Part shown: in pieces, positions 48,161 through 56,448 of the stretch
How positions within the stretch are numbered: position 1 is the first letter of the stretch
Layout of the letters: every line of letters starts with the position of its first letter
IMG/VR virus record: IMGVR_UViG_3300014137_000003
Origin: a virus
Reading direction: 5' to 3' (one strand)
Length of the DNA: 64,000 nt
The notes under the pieces: model-generated
Told to the model about the DNA's origin: nothing
The model's input: only the letters and a program-made list of their open reading frames with translations
Database searches by the model: none
Made by a program: the position numbers and the translations under genes

Positions 48161-48454
48161 ATGACAGAAAATATTAAATTATTATCTATAGAACAAAGCC
48201 AAGCTATTAAGATGCTTGAGTCTGAAGAACTAGCTAAGCAGATTGAGACTTCTGAGCTATTATCTGCTGAGAATTACTTTTCAGCTTTCTCTTGGTATTG
48301 CGAAGAGTGTGGTGAACATAATGAGAGCGACCTTCGTTCAGGTTGTGAGATTGAGTGTGAGCACTGTGGTACTTACTGTCCAGATGTAGATGATGACACT
48401 TATAAACTAGCCGAGTTGGTTTATTCTCAGCTAGTTAAGCGTGGGGAGTATTAA
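48161..48454 (+). CDS. zinc-ribbon protein
   Basis: CEECGEHN..CEIECEHCGTYC. Confidence 0.5.
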   Translation: MTENIKLLSIEQSQAIKMLESEELAKQIETSELLSAENYFSAFSWYCEECGEHNESDLRSGCEIECEHCGTYCPDVDDDTYKLAELVYSQLVKRGEY

Positions 48455-48467
48455 AGGGGTATGTTAA

Positions 48468-48887
48468 ATGACAGATAGAGTAGTAAAACCTTACTATAGG
48501 TATAAACAAGAAGCTTATGGTAAACTTAGGGAATTAGCAGTTCGCTTACTTAAGGAGTCGGACTATTATATCAGGTCTGGGAATTCGGAAGATACTCCTA
48601 TTACCGTAGGTAGTAACCTGAAAGATTGGGTAAATGGAACGGTAAACTTTTACATTAAAGACCAGTGGGTATTATCTATTGTTGGTACTAAGGTTTCAGG
48701 TTTGGCTAGTTGCAGTCCGAGAGGTTCTTTAACTCTCTTGGAAGTCAAGGTTCTTAAAAATAACGTAGAGAAGTTATTCCGTCATGTCTCTAGCACTTTG
48801 GGAGCCCCTATCGTCCAGTGGATGGTTACTGAGGATTATTGTAAGTTTATCTCTAGTAACGGTACACGTTACATCAATAAGGGTTAG
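48468..48887 (+). CDS. KPY/YKxEAY-family paralog 6
   Basis: VKPYYRYKQEAYGKLRELAV. Confidence 0.55.
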   Translation: MTDRVVKPYYRYKQEAYGKLRELAVRLLKESDYYIRSGNSEDTPITVGSNLKDWVNGTVNFYIKDQWVLSIVGTKVSGLASCSPRGSLTLLEVKVLKNNVEKLFRHVSSTLGAPIVQWMVTEDYCKFISSNGTRYINKG

Positions 48888-48915
48888 ACTAAGTCTTTCC
48901 TTTATCTTTAAAAGT

Positions 48916-48947
48916 ACACAACTGGGTTTCCTCTTAGTTGTGTTTTC
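48916..48947 (+). terminator. rho-independent terminator
   Basis: ACACAACT/AGTTGTGT stem then TTTT. Confidence 0.55.
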
Positions 48948-48961
48948 TCCTTTAATTGAGT

Positions 48962-48990
48962 TTGTAACTATACTAAGAGTTTGGTAAACT
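48962..48990 (+). promoter_or_regulatory. promoter, same family as 41728
   Basis: TTGTAA, 17 nt, TGgTAAACT then ATTAGTAT. Confidence 0.55.
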
Positions 48991-49020
48991 ATTAGTATGG
49001 GTTATCTCGTGGGGTATTTT

Positions 49021-49416
49021 ATGAACAATTTCAACGTAAGTTTACTAGCTAATATCAGTTCCCAAAAGGGTACTAATTGTAATGTTATGGCTGATATTTT
49101 CAAATTCATGCTAGTAAAGGAAGGAAGTTATTTGGATGAGCTTATCTCTGTATCTTTCGTACCTATTCATGGGGTAAGTCTAGTAAATCAGCCATGCTAC
49201 AGAAAAGGTGAATATTTATATTCCCTTATAGTTACTGGTACAGCTAGTAGTTCTACTGCCCTTAAGTTAGGGAAAATTTTAGTTAAAGTACTAGATGATT
49301 TTACGGAAAAATATGGTACTTGTTACTTCTTGTATAGTATGTTTGTTGAGAGGGAAGACAAAAAAGATTTATGCGTTCAATCTAGTCAAGAAAGGGTATT
49401 TTATGACAAACACTAA
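49021..49416 (+). CDS. hypothetical protein (ATG 48997 would be leaderless)
   Basis: ATG 49021 after GGGGTAT. Confidence 0.5.
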   Translation: MNNFNVSLLANISSQKGTNCNVMADIFKFMLVKEGSYLDELISVSFVPIHGVSLVNQPCYRKGEYLYSLIVTGTASSSTALKLGKILVKVLDDFTEKYGTCYFLYSMFVEREDKKDLCVQSSQERVFYDKH

Positions 49417-49519
49417 CCTAATTACTAAATACATCAAACAGGATGGTTCAATTATTCATGTTATGAATACACTTCTCGCAGAGGTCTGTCTTACTGAACG
49501 AGAATTGGAGATGGTATAA
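49403..49519 (+). CDS. small ORF (38 aa) resembling fused ends of the next gene
   Basis: ITKYIKQDGS..LLAEVC vs YTKYDGT..LIAEVC in 49519-49815. Confidence 0.3.
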   Translation: MTNTNLITKYIKQDGSIIHVMNTLLAEVCLTERELEMV

Positions 49520-49815
49520 TGGCTAAATATACGAAATATGACGGAACTCCTATTGAGGTAGATGCTCAGACCGAGTTGGTATATACTCGTTGGATTTCTC
49601 TTATCGGTGAGTTTGCTCGTTTTAGGAATTCAGGTAGGTTTCCTTTTTGGTCTGATGGGGTATATCTTCGCAAGAGCGATTTTCCTAGCTCTAATGCAGG
49701 GTTTAAACGTTTCTTGAAGTACACAATGCCACGCCATTATGATATTTACTGTACTGAGAAGTATAAAGTTACACCTATGAGTCAGCTTATTGCTGAGGTT
49801 TGTAGGAACGCTTAG
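49519..49815 (+). CDS. hypothetical protein
   Basis: ORF track. Confidence 0.5.
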   Translation: MAKYTKYDGTPIEVDAQTELVYTRWISLIGEFARFRNSGRFPFWSDGVYLRKSDFPSSNAGFKRFLKYTMPRHYDIYCTEKYKVTPMSQLIAEVCRNA

Positions 49816-49825
49816 GGGGTATAAG

Positions 49826-50296
49826 ATGTCAGAAAAGTTTGTAAAGGGTGAAGAATTGGTTCACCCAGAACGTTATACAAAGAACAAGATTGAATCTTGG
49901 GACTTCACTCTGCAGTCTCTATTCCCTCATACTATTGCAACGGTAGTTGAGTATGTAATTCGCTATAAACATAAGGGTGGGTTACAGGACTTAGAGAAGG
50001 CAATTAACTGGACAAAGAAGGCTAGTCAGTCTTATCAGTATATTAGGTTATGTAGACCTAGGGAGCTTACTAGGATTGAATACTTTAAGAGTGTACCTTT
50101 TGTAGATGAAACTAACTTCCCAGACCTCTCATGGGAACAGCTTTTGATTCTACAGCACGCTCAAATGTTAACATTCTACTTAGATAACGAAGAGAAGTTT
50201 AACAGTTATATTGCTAAAATCTTAGAATCACTTGAGAAGCTTGTGGAAATGGAAAAAGAGAAAGAAGGTAGTGGTAATGATTTCAATGAAAAGTAA
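49826..50296 (+). CDS. DUF3310-like protein, paralog of 55466-55894
   Basis: VHPERY..IESWDF....VIRYKHKGGLQDLEKAINW pattern; ATG 49826. Confidence 0.5.
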   Translation: MSEKFVKGEELVHPERYTKNKIESWDFTLQSLFPHTIATVVEYVIRYKHKGGLQDLEKAINWTKKASQSYQYIRLCRPRELTRIEYFKSVPFVDETNFPDLSWEQLLILQHAQMLTFYLDNEEKFNSYIAKILESLEKLVEMEKEKEGSGNDFNEK

Positions 50297-50597
50297 GTTT
50301 AAGGTGTTATACCCAGCTATACTGATTGAATGGGTACTAGCAACAGGTTTGGGGTATCTCTCAACCTTGGTGCAGATGACGATTTTTAAATTAGTCTGCG
50401 AGGATGTTTCTCTTATCTTGTTTATTGTAAGTTATCTTCAGGTATTGATTATCTTATTTTCTTTTAATCATAAAGAAAAGACAGGTTTTCGTCAACTAAT
50501 GACTTATACTTTTGAAGAGGTTTTTAGGATAACTACACCTAGATCTTATAAACGTGCAATTGCCCTAGATAAGGAGAAAGAAGAAAATGGAATTTAG
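50277..50597 (+). CDS. membrane protein
   Basis: ATG 50277; two hydrophobic helices. Confidence 0.45.
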   Translation: MISMKSKFKVLYPAILIEWVLATGLGYLSTLVQMTIFKLVCEDVSLILFIVSYLQVLIILFSFNHKEKTGFRQLMTYTFEEVFRITTPRSYKRAIALDKEKEENGI

Positions 50598-50943
50598 TAC
50601 AGTAATGCTTATTCTTGGTTGTGCGTCTATCTTTAGGTTGGGAATTAACTATGCAGTCGCACTAATTGTTAGAGTTGCTTTAGACAAGTTTTATGAGGAT
50701 AAATTTAGGCAACTAAATAAGTACATGGTTAGGAAAGCCCTTTACAAGATTGTTATGTCTATGTGTTATGTTACTGTTTATAACGTAGTCAGCTCTTTAA
50801 ACTACCCAGTTCAGCAATCGTTATTGTTGATGGGTATGCTTGGTTTAGTGGAGTTAACGGTGTTTGCTTACTATGACCGCCCTAGCTATGGGTATGCACA
50901 GCTAAAACAACTCCTTGGAGCTTTGAGATGGGTACTAGTTTAG
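50587..50943 (+). CDS. membrane protein
   Basis: Hydrophobic helices. Confidence 0.5.
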   Translation: MEFSTVMLILGCASIFRLGINYAVALIVRVALDKFYEDKFRQLNKYMVRKALYKIVMSMCYVTVYNVVSSLNYPVQQSLLLMGMLGLVELTVFAYYDRPSYGYAQLKQLLGALRWVLV

Positions 50944-50952
50944 GGGTAGTAG

Positions 50953-51501
50953 ATGTTTAAGTGTTTTAGAAGAAACAAAGAAATTACTTTTGACTCTTTA
51001 AGTACTCACAAGTTACGTTTAACTTGTTTTTCGGTAAATTTAGACGTTTTAGAAAAGTATGTAAATGGGTATTACTCTAGACGTGGAGTTCTTTATAGAG
51101 AAGGTAGTTACGAGTTGGTTTGTGAGGAACGTTCTTCCTTTAAGACTAAACTAGTTTGCCGTAGTGTAGACGGTTTTGAAGGTTTAGATCCCGAATTGCA
51201 TGTTGTTATAGATAAAGATGTGGAAGGTGAGTTAAAAGTTACTGTTACTTATAAAGATATTACTCTTCTTTTTGGGACTCCGTGGTCTAAATCTGTAACT
51301 ATATCTACTGATATAGATAGTCTTGAGAAGTTAGAGCATGAGTTCTATAAACTTCATAAATTAGGTATGTATGAGGTTTATGATTTGTTCATTGATTTTT
51401 CAGCTAGTCTGAGGGGGTTCTTACAAATCTCAGATGAAGAGTATAAGGAACTTCTAGAAAAGAAGACGAAAGAGTTGTGGGTTAGGAAAGAAGGTAAATA
51501 A
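50953..51501 (+). CDS. hypothetical protein
   Basis: ORF track. Confidence 0.55.
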   Translation: MFKCFRRNKEITFDSLSTHKLRLTCFSVNLDVLEKYVNGYYSRRGVLYREGSYELVCEERSSFKTKLVCRSVDGFEGLDPELHVVIDKDVEGELKVTVTYKDITLLFGTPWSKSVTISTDIDSLEKLEHEFYKLHKLGMYEVYDLFIDFSASLRGFLQISDEEYKELLEKKTKELWVRKEGK

Positions 51502-51543
51502 TGGTAGTACTGGGGTACGTTAACAAGTGTTAGGGGATGGCAA

Positions 51544-51810
51544 ATGATTATTATAGGGTTGTTTTGGTTTAGTTTGACGGGGTACTTATTTTTCATGAAG
51601 CACACCCCTGAGTTCATGTACTACGCTCAGTTATCTGAAAGGCAGATTAATTCAGCAATGGTGTTTAACTTAGCTTATGCAGTGTTATCTTGTCTAGTTT
51701 TAGTTTTATTGGGTAGGCTAGGTTTTGGGAATATACTAGAGCCATTAGCTTTGGTCTTGATGGTTATTGGTGCTTTACTTTCCCTCTATCCTCTATTGAG
51801 GAAGAGTTAG
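51544..51810 (+). CDS. membrane protein
   Basis: Three hydrophobic segments. Confidence 0.5.
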   Translation: MIIIGLFWFSLTGYLFFMKHTPEFMYYAQLSERQINSAMVFNLAYAVLSCLVLVLLGRLGFGNILEPLALVLMVIGALLSLYPLLRKS

Positions 51811-51865
51811 TTAGAAATATTAAATGTAGGGTAAGTTAAACTAAGAATTTATATTATTTATTATT

Positions 51866-51887
51866 CCCCTCGTTGTAGGGGTATTTT
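51866..51887 (+). terminator. possible terminator
   Basis: CCCCT/AGGGG stem then TATTTTA. Confidence 0.4.
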
Positions 51888-52022
51888 ATATTCAAGGAGT
51901 TATTCTACCAAAGTATGTAGTTAATGCAAGAGATTTCTTAGTCTTATCCTCAGGACGTACTTTCACAGAATCTAAGAAGTTAGAAAACTAGGCGAGATTA
52001 CCTTGCTTTAAACTTTAGTAAG

Positions 52023-52031
52023 TGTTAAAAT
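52023..52031 (+). promoter_or_regulatory. TG-extended -10 promoter
   Basis: TGtTAAAAT then AAGTAT. Confidence 0.45.
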
Positions 52032-52143
52032 AAGTATTATAGTGATGTGGTAGACCTCCTATATAGTTTATCTTTATAGGATTGGAAGTCTTTCAAATAA
52101 ACTATAAGTATTTAGAAAGCATCGAATGTTAAGGGGTATCTAA

Positions 52144-52377
52144 ATGTCAGAAGTTTCTATAGAACAGCGTGTTTCTTACTGGAAGAATAAAATAGGTATT
52201 GGTTCTGTATGGTTATTACAGAGTTTCAATACTCGCAAAGCTACAGTTGAGAGAGTATATTTCGACCTTAATTGTGGTTCAGTTGTAGTAGATTACACTT
52301 TAGAGGATTGTCCGCAAGCTATTCAGACTGCGGAAGTAGAGTATTTTCTAAACTACATTGTTCAGTGTAGGGCATAG
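52144..52377 (+). CDS. hypothetical protein, paralog of 58231-58467
   Basis: ..YWKNKIGIGSVWLLQ..FLNYIV vs ..HWRRLLPVGSVWLTQ..FYNYIV. Confidence 0.55.
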   Translation: MSEVSIEQRVSYWKNKIGIGSVWLLQSFNTRKATVERVYFDLNCGSVVVDYTLEDCPQAIQTAEVEYFLNYIVQCRA

Positions 52378-52400
52378 CAACGCAAGAAAGGAGAGAGTAT

Positions 52401-52739
52401 ATGAAAGTAATCAAACGTAACGGAACGAAAGTCGACTTTGAAGCAATTAAAATTTATAATGCAATGTATAAGGCAGCACGTTCAGTTTATGCAGTAAATG
52501 ACGACTTAGCTAATACTTTATACCGTATCGCTCGAAGTATTGAAGCACAGCTATTAGAAAGTAAAACAGAAGTAGTTACTATTTCTATGATACAGGCTTT
52601 GGTAGAAGAGAAACTGCTATCTGAGGGGTACCTTCACATTGCAGAGCATTACATCTCTTATCGTTTACAGCGTGATATTGAGCGTACTGACTATAAGGAT
52701 AAGGTTATTGTTAGGTTAAAGTTGGAACAAATTAGGTGA
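52401..52739 (+). CDS. stand-alone ATP-cone domain protein
   Basis: MKVIKRNGTKVDFEAIKIYNAM.. is the typical ATP-cone start of RNR/NrdR proteins; only 112 aa. Confidence 0.55.
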   Translation: MKVIKRNGTKVDFEAIKIYNAMYKAARSVYAVNDDLANTLYRIARSIEAQLLESKTEVVTISMIQALVEEKLLSEGYLHIAEHYISYRLQRDIERTDYKDKVIVRLKLEQIR

Positions 52740-52913
52740 GGTGTTATATGAAAGAGGTAAAACCTTCGGTTTATTGGCAGTTTTTTCAACTATTGTGTTA
52801 GGTCTAGGATTTGTTCTTTGTAAGAAGGAACAAAAATAAAGATAAGTCAAGTATTTAGCTTAGATTTAGTGGCAAGTTGGCTTTTTAGTCTGTTTGCTTT
52901 TCTTTTTCCATTT

Positions 52914-52922
52914 TGTTAAAAT
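52914..52922 (+). promoter_or_regulatory. TG-extended -10 promoter
   Basis: TGtTAAAAT then ATTAGTAT. Confidence 0.45.
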
Positions 52923-52948
52923 ATTAGTATATAAAGGAGGATTTTGTA

Positions 52949-53209
52949 ATGAAATTATTATTTCCAGAACATGGTAGGTATACTAAAAAGGGAGTCCTCG
53001 GTTTTTATAATGAAAAGGAAAACTGGGTTCACTTAATTTACCCAGACAAGATGGATAACCCCTTTTTAGGTGGTGGTTTGCTGGATGATTCCATAGATAG
53101 GTTTACTAAAGAGACTGGTATTAATGTTTCTTTCACTCCAGTGGGTTCTAGGTATGGGTTGAGTGATGACAGGGAAACCTTGGGGTATTACGAAGAGGTG
53201 CTTGTATGA
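52949..53209 (+). CDS. hypothetical protein
   Basis: AAAGGAGG upstream. Confidence 0.55.
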   Translation: MKLLFPEHGRYTKKGVLGFYNEKENWVHLIYPDKMDNPFLGGGLLDDSIDRFTKETGINVSFTPVGSRYGLSDDRETLGYYEEVLV

Positions 53210-53277
53210 TTGCGTCTGCTAGAAATAAGAAGTAACCCTTATTTACAGACTATTTATCTCACTCCCAACTAACTAGT

Positions 53278-53643
53278 ATGTATAACTCTTTAGCTAGGAT
53301 GCCCTATAAAGACCCTAGAATAGTTTATACTAATCTGCATTTAATTTTAGAGATTACTTTAAAGAAAATAGCAATATATCATGGCTTTGAGGTTTCTGTT
53401 ACTTCTCATAGGATTGGTGACTCTTTACTGAAATTAAAAGAAGTTGAGCCTTTTGTTAAAGATATGTGGTCATTTCTACAAGGTCATGGGTTATTAAGGT
53501 ATTTGCAACGTTTTCCTTATGATTCTCTTAGATTTAACTCTAAAGAGCCTATACCTCCTATACCTATGGATGTATTCTTTGTAATTACAAGAAATTCATT
53601 AAGAAGGTTAGAGTACATAGAAAAAGAATCGTTAACATTATAG
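53278..53643 (+). CDS. hypothetical protein (no visible RBS)
   Basis: ORF track only. Confidence 0.4.
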   Translation: MYNSLARMPYKDPRIVYTNLHLILEITLKKIAIYHGFEVSVTSHRIGDSLLKLKEVEPFVKDMWSFLQGHGLLRYLQRFPYDSLRFNSKEPIPPIPMDVFFVITRNSLRRLEYIEKESLTL

Positions 53644-53675
53644 TCTTAAATTAAGTTGAATTAGCTTATCTAATT

Positions 53676-53684
53676 TGGTAAACT
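53676..53684 (+). promoter_or_regulatory. TG-extended -10 promoter (tRNA-CAT transcript)
   Basis: TGgTAAACT then ATTAGTAT. Confidence 0.5.
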
Positions 53685-53778
53685 ATTAGTATAGTAGCTT
53701 AGGCTACTAGGGTAGGATGCATTTAATACGTGTAAGAGTCATGGTGGAAGTGTCTAAAGCGTCCTACCTTTTCTATTT

Positions 53779-53852
53779 GTACCTTTAGCTTAGTTGGTTA
53801 AAGCCCTCGGCTCATAACCGAGTCACCGTAGGTTCGAGTCCTGCAAGGTACA
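53779..53852 (+). tRNA. tRNA with CAT anticodon (Met, or Ile if lysidine-modified)
   Basis: GTACCTT/AAGGTAC acceptor, CTCGG-CTCATAA-CCGAG, GTAGG-TTCGAGT-CCTGC; no initiator hallmarks. Confidence 0.85.
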
Positions 53853-53878
53853 TAATTTTAAGAAATGAGGTATTCTAG

Positions 53879-54367
53879 ATGGGAATTGTGAATCCAGTAT
53901 TTGTGAATCCAGCAAAAACTTATGATTTTGATACACATAGGTTAAGTGTAAATGAGGTTAGACTTACCTCTGCACATGGTAGCTCTGATGGAGTTGTTCG
54001 TGTATCTTTAGCCGTATATGGAGAGGTGGTAGCCAAGGGTGGATTTCTTGCGAAACTAGGTATGAAACCTAAGCCTCAAAAGTATTCTCTTTCTCTTGGG
54101 TATAGGGTATCTTTCGACAACCAAGTAGTTTCAGACTACTCCTTTGTAGGGTTAGATGTAGGAAAAGTACAGGAAGACAGTAAGTACTTAGTACGAAGTT
54201 CCTCTCTAGAGAAATTAGTATCTAAGGGTATTAAGACTACTAAAAGTTTTGCATTAGTTACAGAAAGTTTTAATGTAATTAAACCTAACCTTTATTCAGA
54301 TATTATGCTCTATACAAAAAGAATGGCTACTAGTCGCAAAGGGAGGGAATCTCCTTGGAACAAATAA
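53879..54367 (+). CDS. hypothetical protein
   Basis: ORF track. Confidence 0.55.
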   Translation: MGIVNPVFVNPAKTYDFDTHRLSVNEVRLTSAHGSSDGVVRVSLAVYGEVVAKGGFLAKLGMKPKPQKYSLSLGYRVSFDNQVVSDYSFVGLDVGKVQEDSKYLVRSSSLEKLVSKGIKTTKSFALVTESFNVIKPNLYSDIMLYTKRMATSRKGRESPWNK

Positions 54368-54774
54368 CTTTACAAAGCTACCATAATAGGTTAGATTGTC
54401 TATTAACTGAAGGTACTTTATCTGATTTGCTTGAGTTTTTGGGTATGCAGTATTTTGAAGGAAGTAGGCAAGAAGGTAATGAGAACCGTGACGTTTATGA
54501 ATTCGTTGATAAGGGTACTATGGCGATAGAGGTTCTATTGAATGAATCCAAGGTTCGCTTTTGGAGTAACTTCTCTAGTTGGATGAGCCTACCTAATAAT
54601 GACAATTTTTGGTCACTATTATTTGATGGGTATCCTAAATTAGTAAAAAGGCTAATAGAGTTACTAGATAAAGAGTACTCATACTTAGGTTCTCTGTCTT
54701 ATGAGGTACGGTTAGATGGTAAGTTTAATGAATTCAAGAAGGAATACTTAGAGTTGAATAACTCTAAATCATGA
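54355..54774 (+). CDS. hypothetical protein (TTG start)
   Basis: GGGAGG 8 nt upstream of TTG 54355. Confidence 0.5.
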   Translation: MEQITLQSYHNRLDCLLTEGTLSDLLEFLGMQYFEGSRQEGNENRDVYEFVDKGTMAIEVLLNESKVRFWSNFSSWMSLPNNDNFWSLLFDGYPKLVKRLIELLDKEYSYLGSLSYEVRLDGKFNEFKKEYLELNNSKS

Positions 54775-54796
54775 TAAGAAGTTTTAGGAGGTTTAT

Positions 54797-55105
54797 ATGC
54801 AAAGGCAATACATCGTAATGAATGGTTATGGAAATAATGGAATTATAACTACTTACTTAGTAGACGTAGAACGTAGGGTACGTTGGTTTAACAATAAGGC
54901 AAGAGAAACTGGCTTAAATTTGCGTATTCGACTAACAGGAGACTCAGAAGAGTATGCATACTATGCAGAATTGATTTTGCCTAATAAATCTAAGATTCCT
55001 TTTCTTATCCGTCCGGATTACGGTTGGGGTATGTATGGAAGGACAGACTTTTCTAAAGAAGCTATGGAGTGGTATTATCAGGCTTGGTACTTGTGGAAAT
55101 CTTAA
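54797..55105 (+). CDS. hypothetical protein
   Basis: AGGAGG upstream. Confidence 0.55.
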   Translation: MQRQYIVMNGYGNNGIITTYLVDVERRVRWFNNKARETGLNLRIRLTGDSEEYAYYAELILPNKSKIPFLIRPDYGWGMYGRTDFSKEAMEWYYQAWYLWKS

Positions 55106-55172
55106 TTTTAAGTTGTAAGTAGTTTGCTCTGAAGACTACTTGCTTTTCTATTGGAAAGAGTGGGTTATAGGT

Positions 55173-55430
55173 ATGAAAGACAAAGACAATTATAAGTCAA
55201 CAATGTGCGTCAAGCTGAATCACCCAGAAGCTTCAACGGTATTTAATGTTATCTGTACTAAGGAGCAAGAAAACTTTCTAAAGTTCTTAGCAAGTATTTC
55301 TACTAATGTTTCTATGAATAGGTATGAACCTACAATGAGTGTGGCTGAGGGGGTAGGGAACTGCGAAAGTGATACTTTAAACGGTACTAAGAAGGCTTTT
55401 ATCTTCGATGCAACAATGTTGGAGGAGTGA
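55173..55430 (+). CDS. hypothetical protein
   Basis: ATG 55173; ORF-track 55140 alternative. Confidence 0.45.
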   Translation: MKDKDNYKSTMCVKLNHPEASTVFNVICTKEQENFLKFLASISTNVSMNRYEPTMSVAEGVGNCESDTLNGTKKAFIFDATMLEE

Positions 55431-55465
55431 GAAGTATCTTGCTTACTAACGAAGTGGAGGTAATC

Positions 55466-55894
55466 ATGAAAGAAAAATTCGTAAAAGACGAAGAACTAGT
55501 AAATCCAGAACGGTATATGCAAAATAAGATTGAAGCTTGGGATTTTGCCATTCAAAGTCTCTTTCCTTACCCTCTAGGGGTAGTTTCTAAGTATGTAATT
55601 CGTCATAGACATAAGGGTGGTAAACAAGACTTAGAAAAGGCTCTTATTTGGGCTAAGAAAGCTAAGGAATCTTATAAGTATATTTCTTTGAGTTGTCCTA
55701 GTGGTATTATTTACTTTGAAGAGGTACCTAAGGCAAGTGTAGAGAACTTTCCAGACCTTGGTGACGAGGAGATTTTAATATTAAAACTTTTACAAGAGGT
55801 TACTTCTCGTCTAAGGGAGGAGGAGATGTTCGAAGGAGTAATGTCTCACATTATTAAAATATTAGAGGGAATGATAGAAAACTTCCCTAGTTAG
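55466..55894 (+). CDS. DUF3310-like protein, paralog of 49826-50296
   Basis: MKEKFVKDEELVNPERYMQNKIEAWDF.. closely parallels MSEKFVKGEELVHPERYTKNKIESWDF.. Confidence 0.5.
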   Translation: MKEKFVKDEELVNPERYMQNKIEAWDFAIQSLFPYPLGVVSKYVIRHRHKGGKQDLEKALIWAKKAKESYKYISLSCPSGIIYFEEVPKASVENFPDLGDEEILILKLLQEVTSRLREEEMFEGVMSHIIKILEGMIENFPS

Positions 55895-55918
55895 TAGAAG
55901 ATTATTGAAGGTTTTATT

Positions 55919-56305
55919 ATGAGAACTGTTAGGTTAGTTGAGGGTATATCGGAGCTTGGTACAAACATTCGGACAATTTTAGAGTATTTGGCTTTGAATG
56001 GTGAACATTTTGTAACATTCGTTCTTCGTGACCCTCTAGGTGAGATTTTAGTGTACAACCATTTATCTATGAAGGATGATGGTAGTATCGTAAGCAAGGT
56101 AATGCTGAGGGAAGAGGAAGAACCAGAAGAAAGTTCTACTGTCGAACCTACCTTATTGATGTTTAAGGGTGTTATTGCTTACTCTAAGGAAATTCCCCCG
56201 TCAGAGAAGTTTAAAGATACTTTCTCTAGTAAGTGGGATGAGATTGTTGCGGTTACTGATTTGAATGTTAGTGTTAATAGGTGGCGACAAGCCAATATCT
56301 TGTAG
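55919..56305 (+). CDS. hypothetical protein
   Basis: ORF track. Confidence 0.55.
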   Translation: MRTVRLVEGISELGTNIRTILEYLALNGEHFVTFVLRDPLGEILVYNHLSMKDDGSIVSKVMLREEEEPEESSTVEPTLLMFKGVIAYSKEIPPSEKFKDTFSSKWDEIVAVTDLNVSVNRWRQANIL

Positions 56306-56386
56306 GGGGTATTAAAGATAGCTTAAGTTTTATTAGAATATGCGAGTAGTTTGTTACGCAGACTGCTTGCATATTCTGTAAGTCTT

Positions 56387-56395
56387 TGCTAAAAT
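56387..56395 (+). promoter_or_regulatory. TG-extended -10 promoter (tmRNA/tRNA transcript)
   Basis: TGcTAAAAT then AGATGTAT. Confidence 0.5.
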
Positions 56396-56448
56396 AGATG
56401 TATAGTTTGTTAGGGGTATCTCCTTGCTAGGCTATAAGATATTATTTA

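Noticed and set aside
48997-49020. Leaderless translation start at ATG 48997, directly at the predicted transcription start
   Set aside because: This is possible, but ATG 49021 has a GGGGTAT-type RBS at the proper distance. It cannot be decided from sequence alone.
52741-52839. Short frames after the ATP-cone gene (a 17-aa ATG frame and a 33-aa GTG frame encoding a hydrophobic peptide)
   Set aside because: The two overlap each other. The hydrophobic frame has no spacing for an RBS. This is too ambiguous to call.
56340-56372. 11-bp hairpin (ATGCGAGTAGT/ACTGCTTGCAT) after ORF 55919-56305 as a terminator
   Set aside because: It is not followed by a T run. It may still be a processing or stability element, but it does not meet the intrinsic-terminator pattern.
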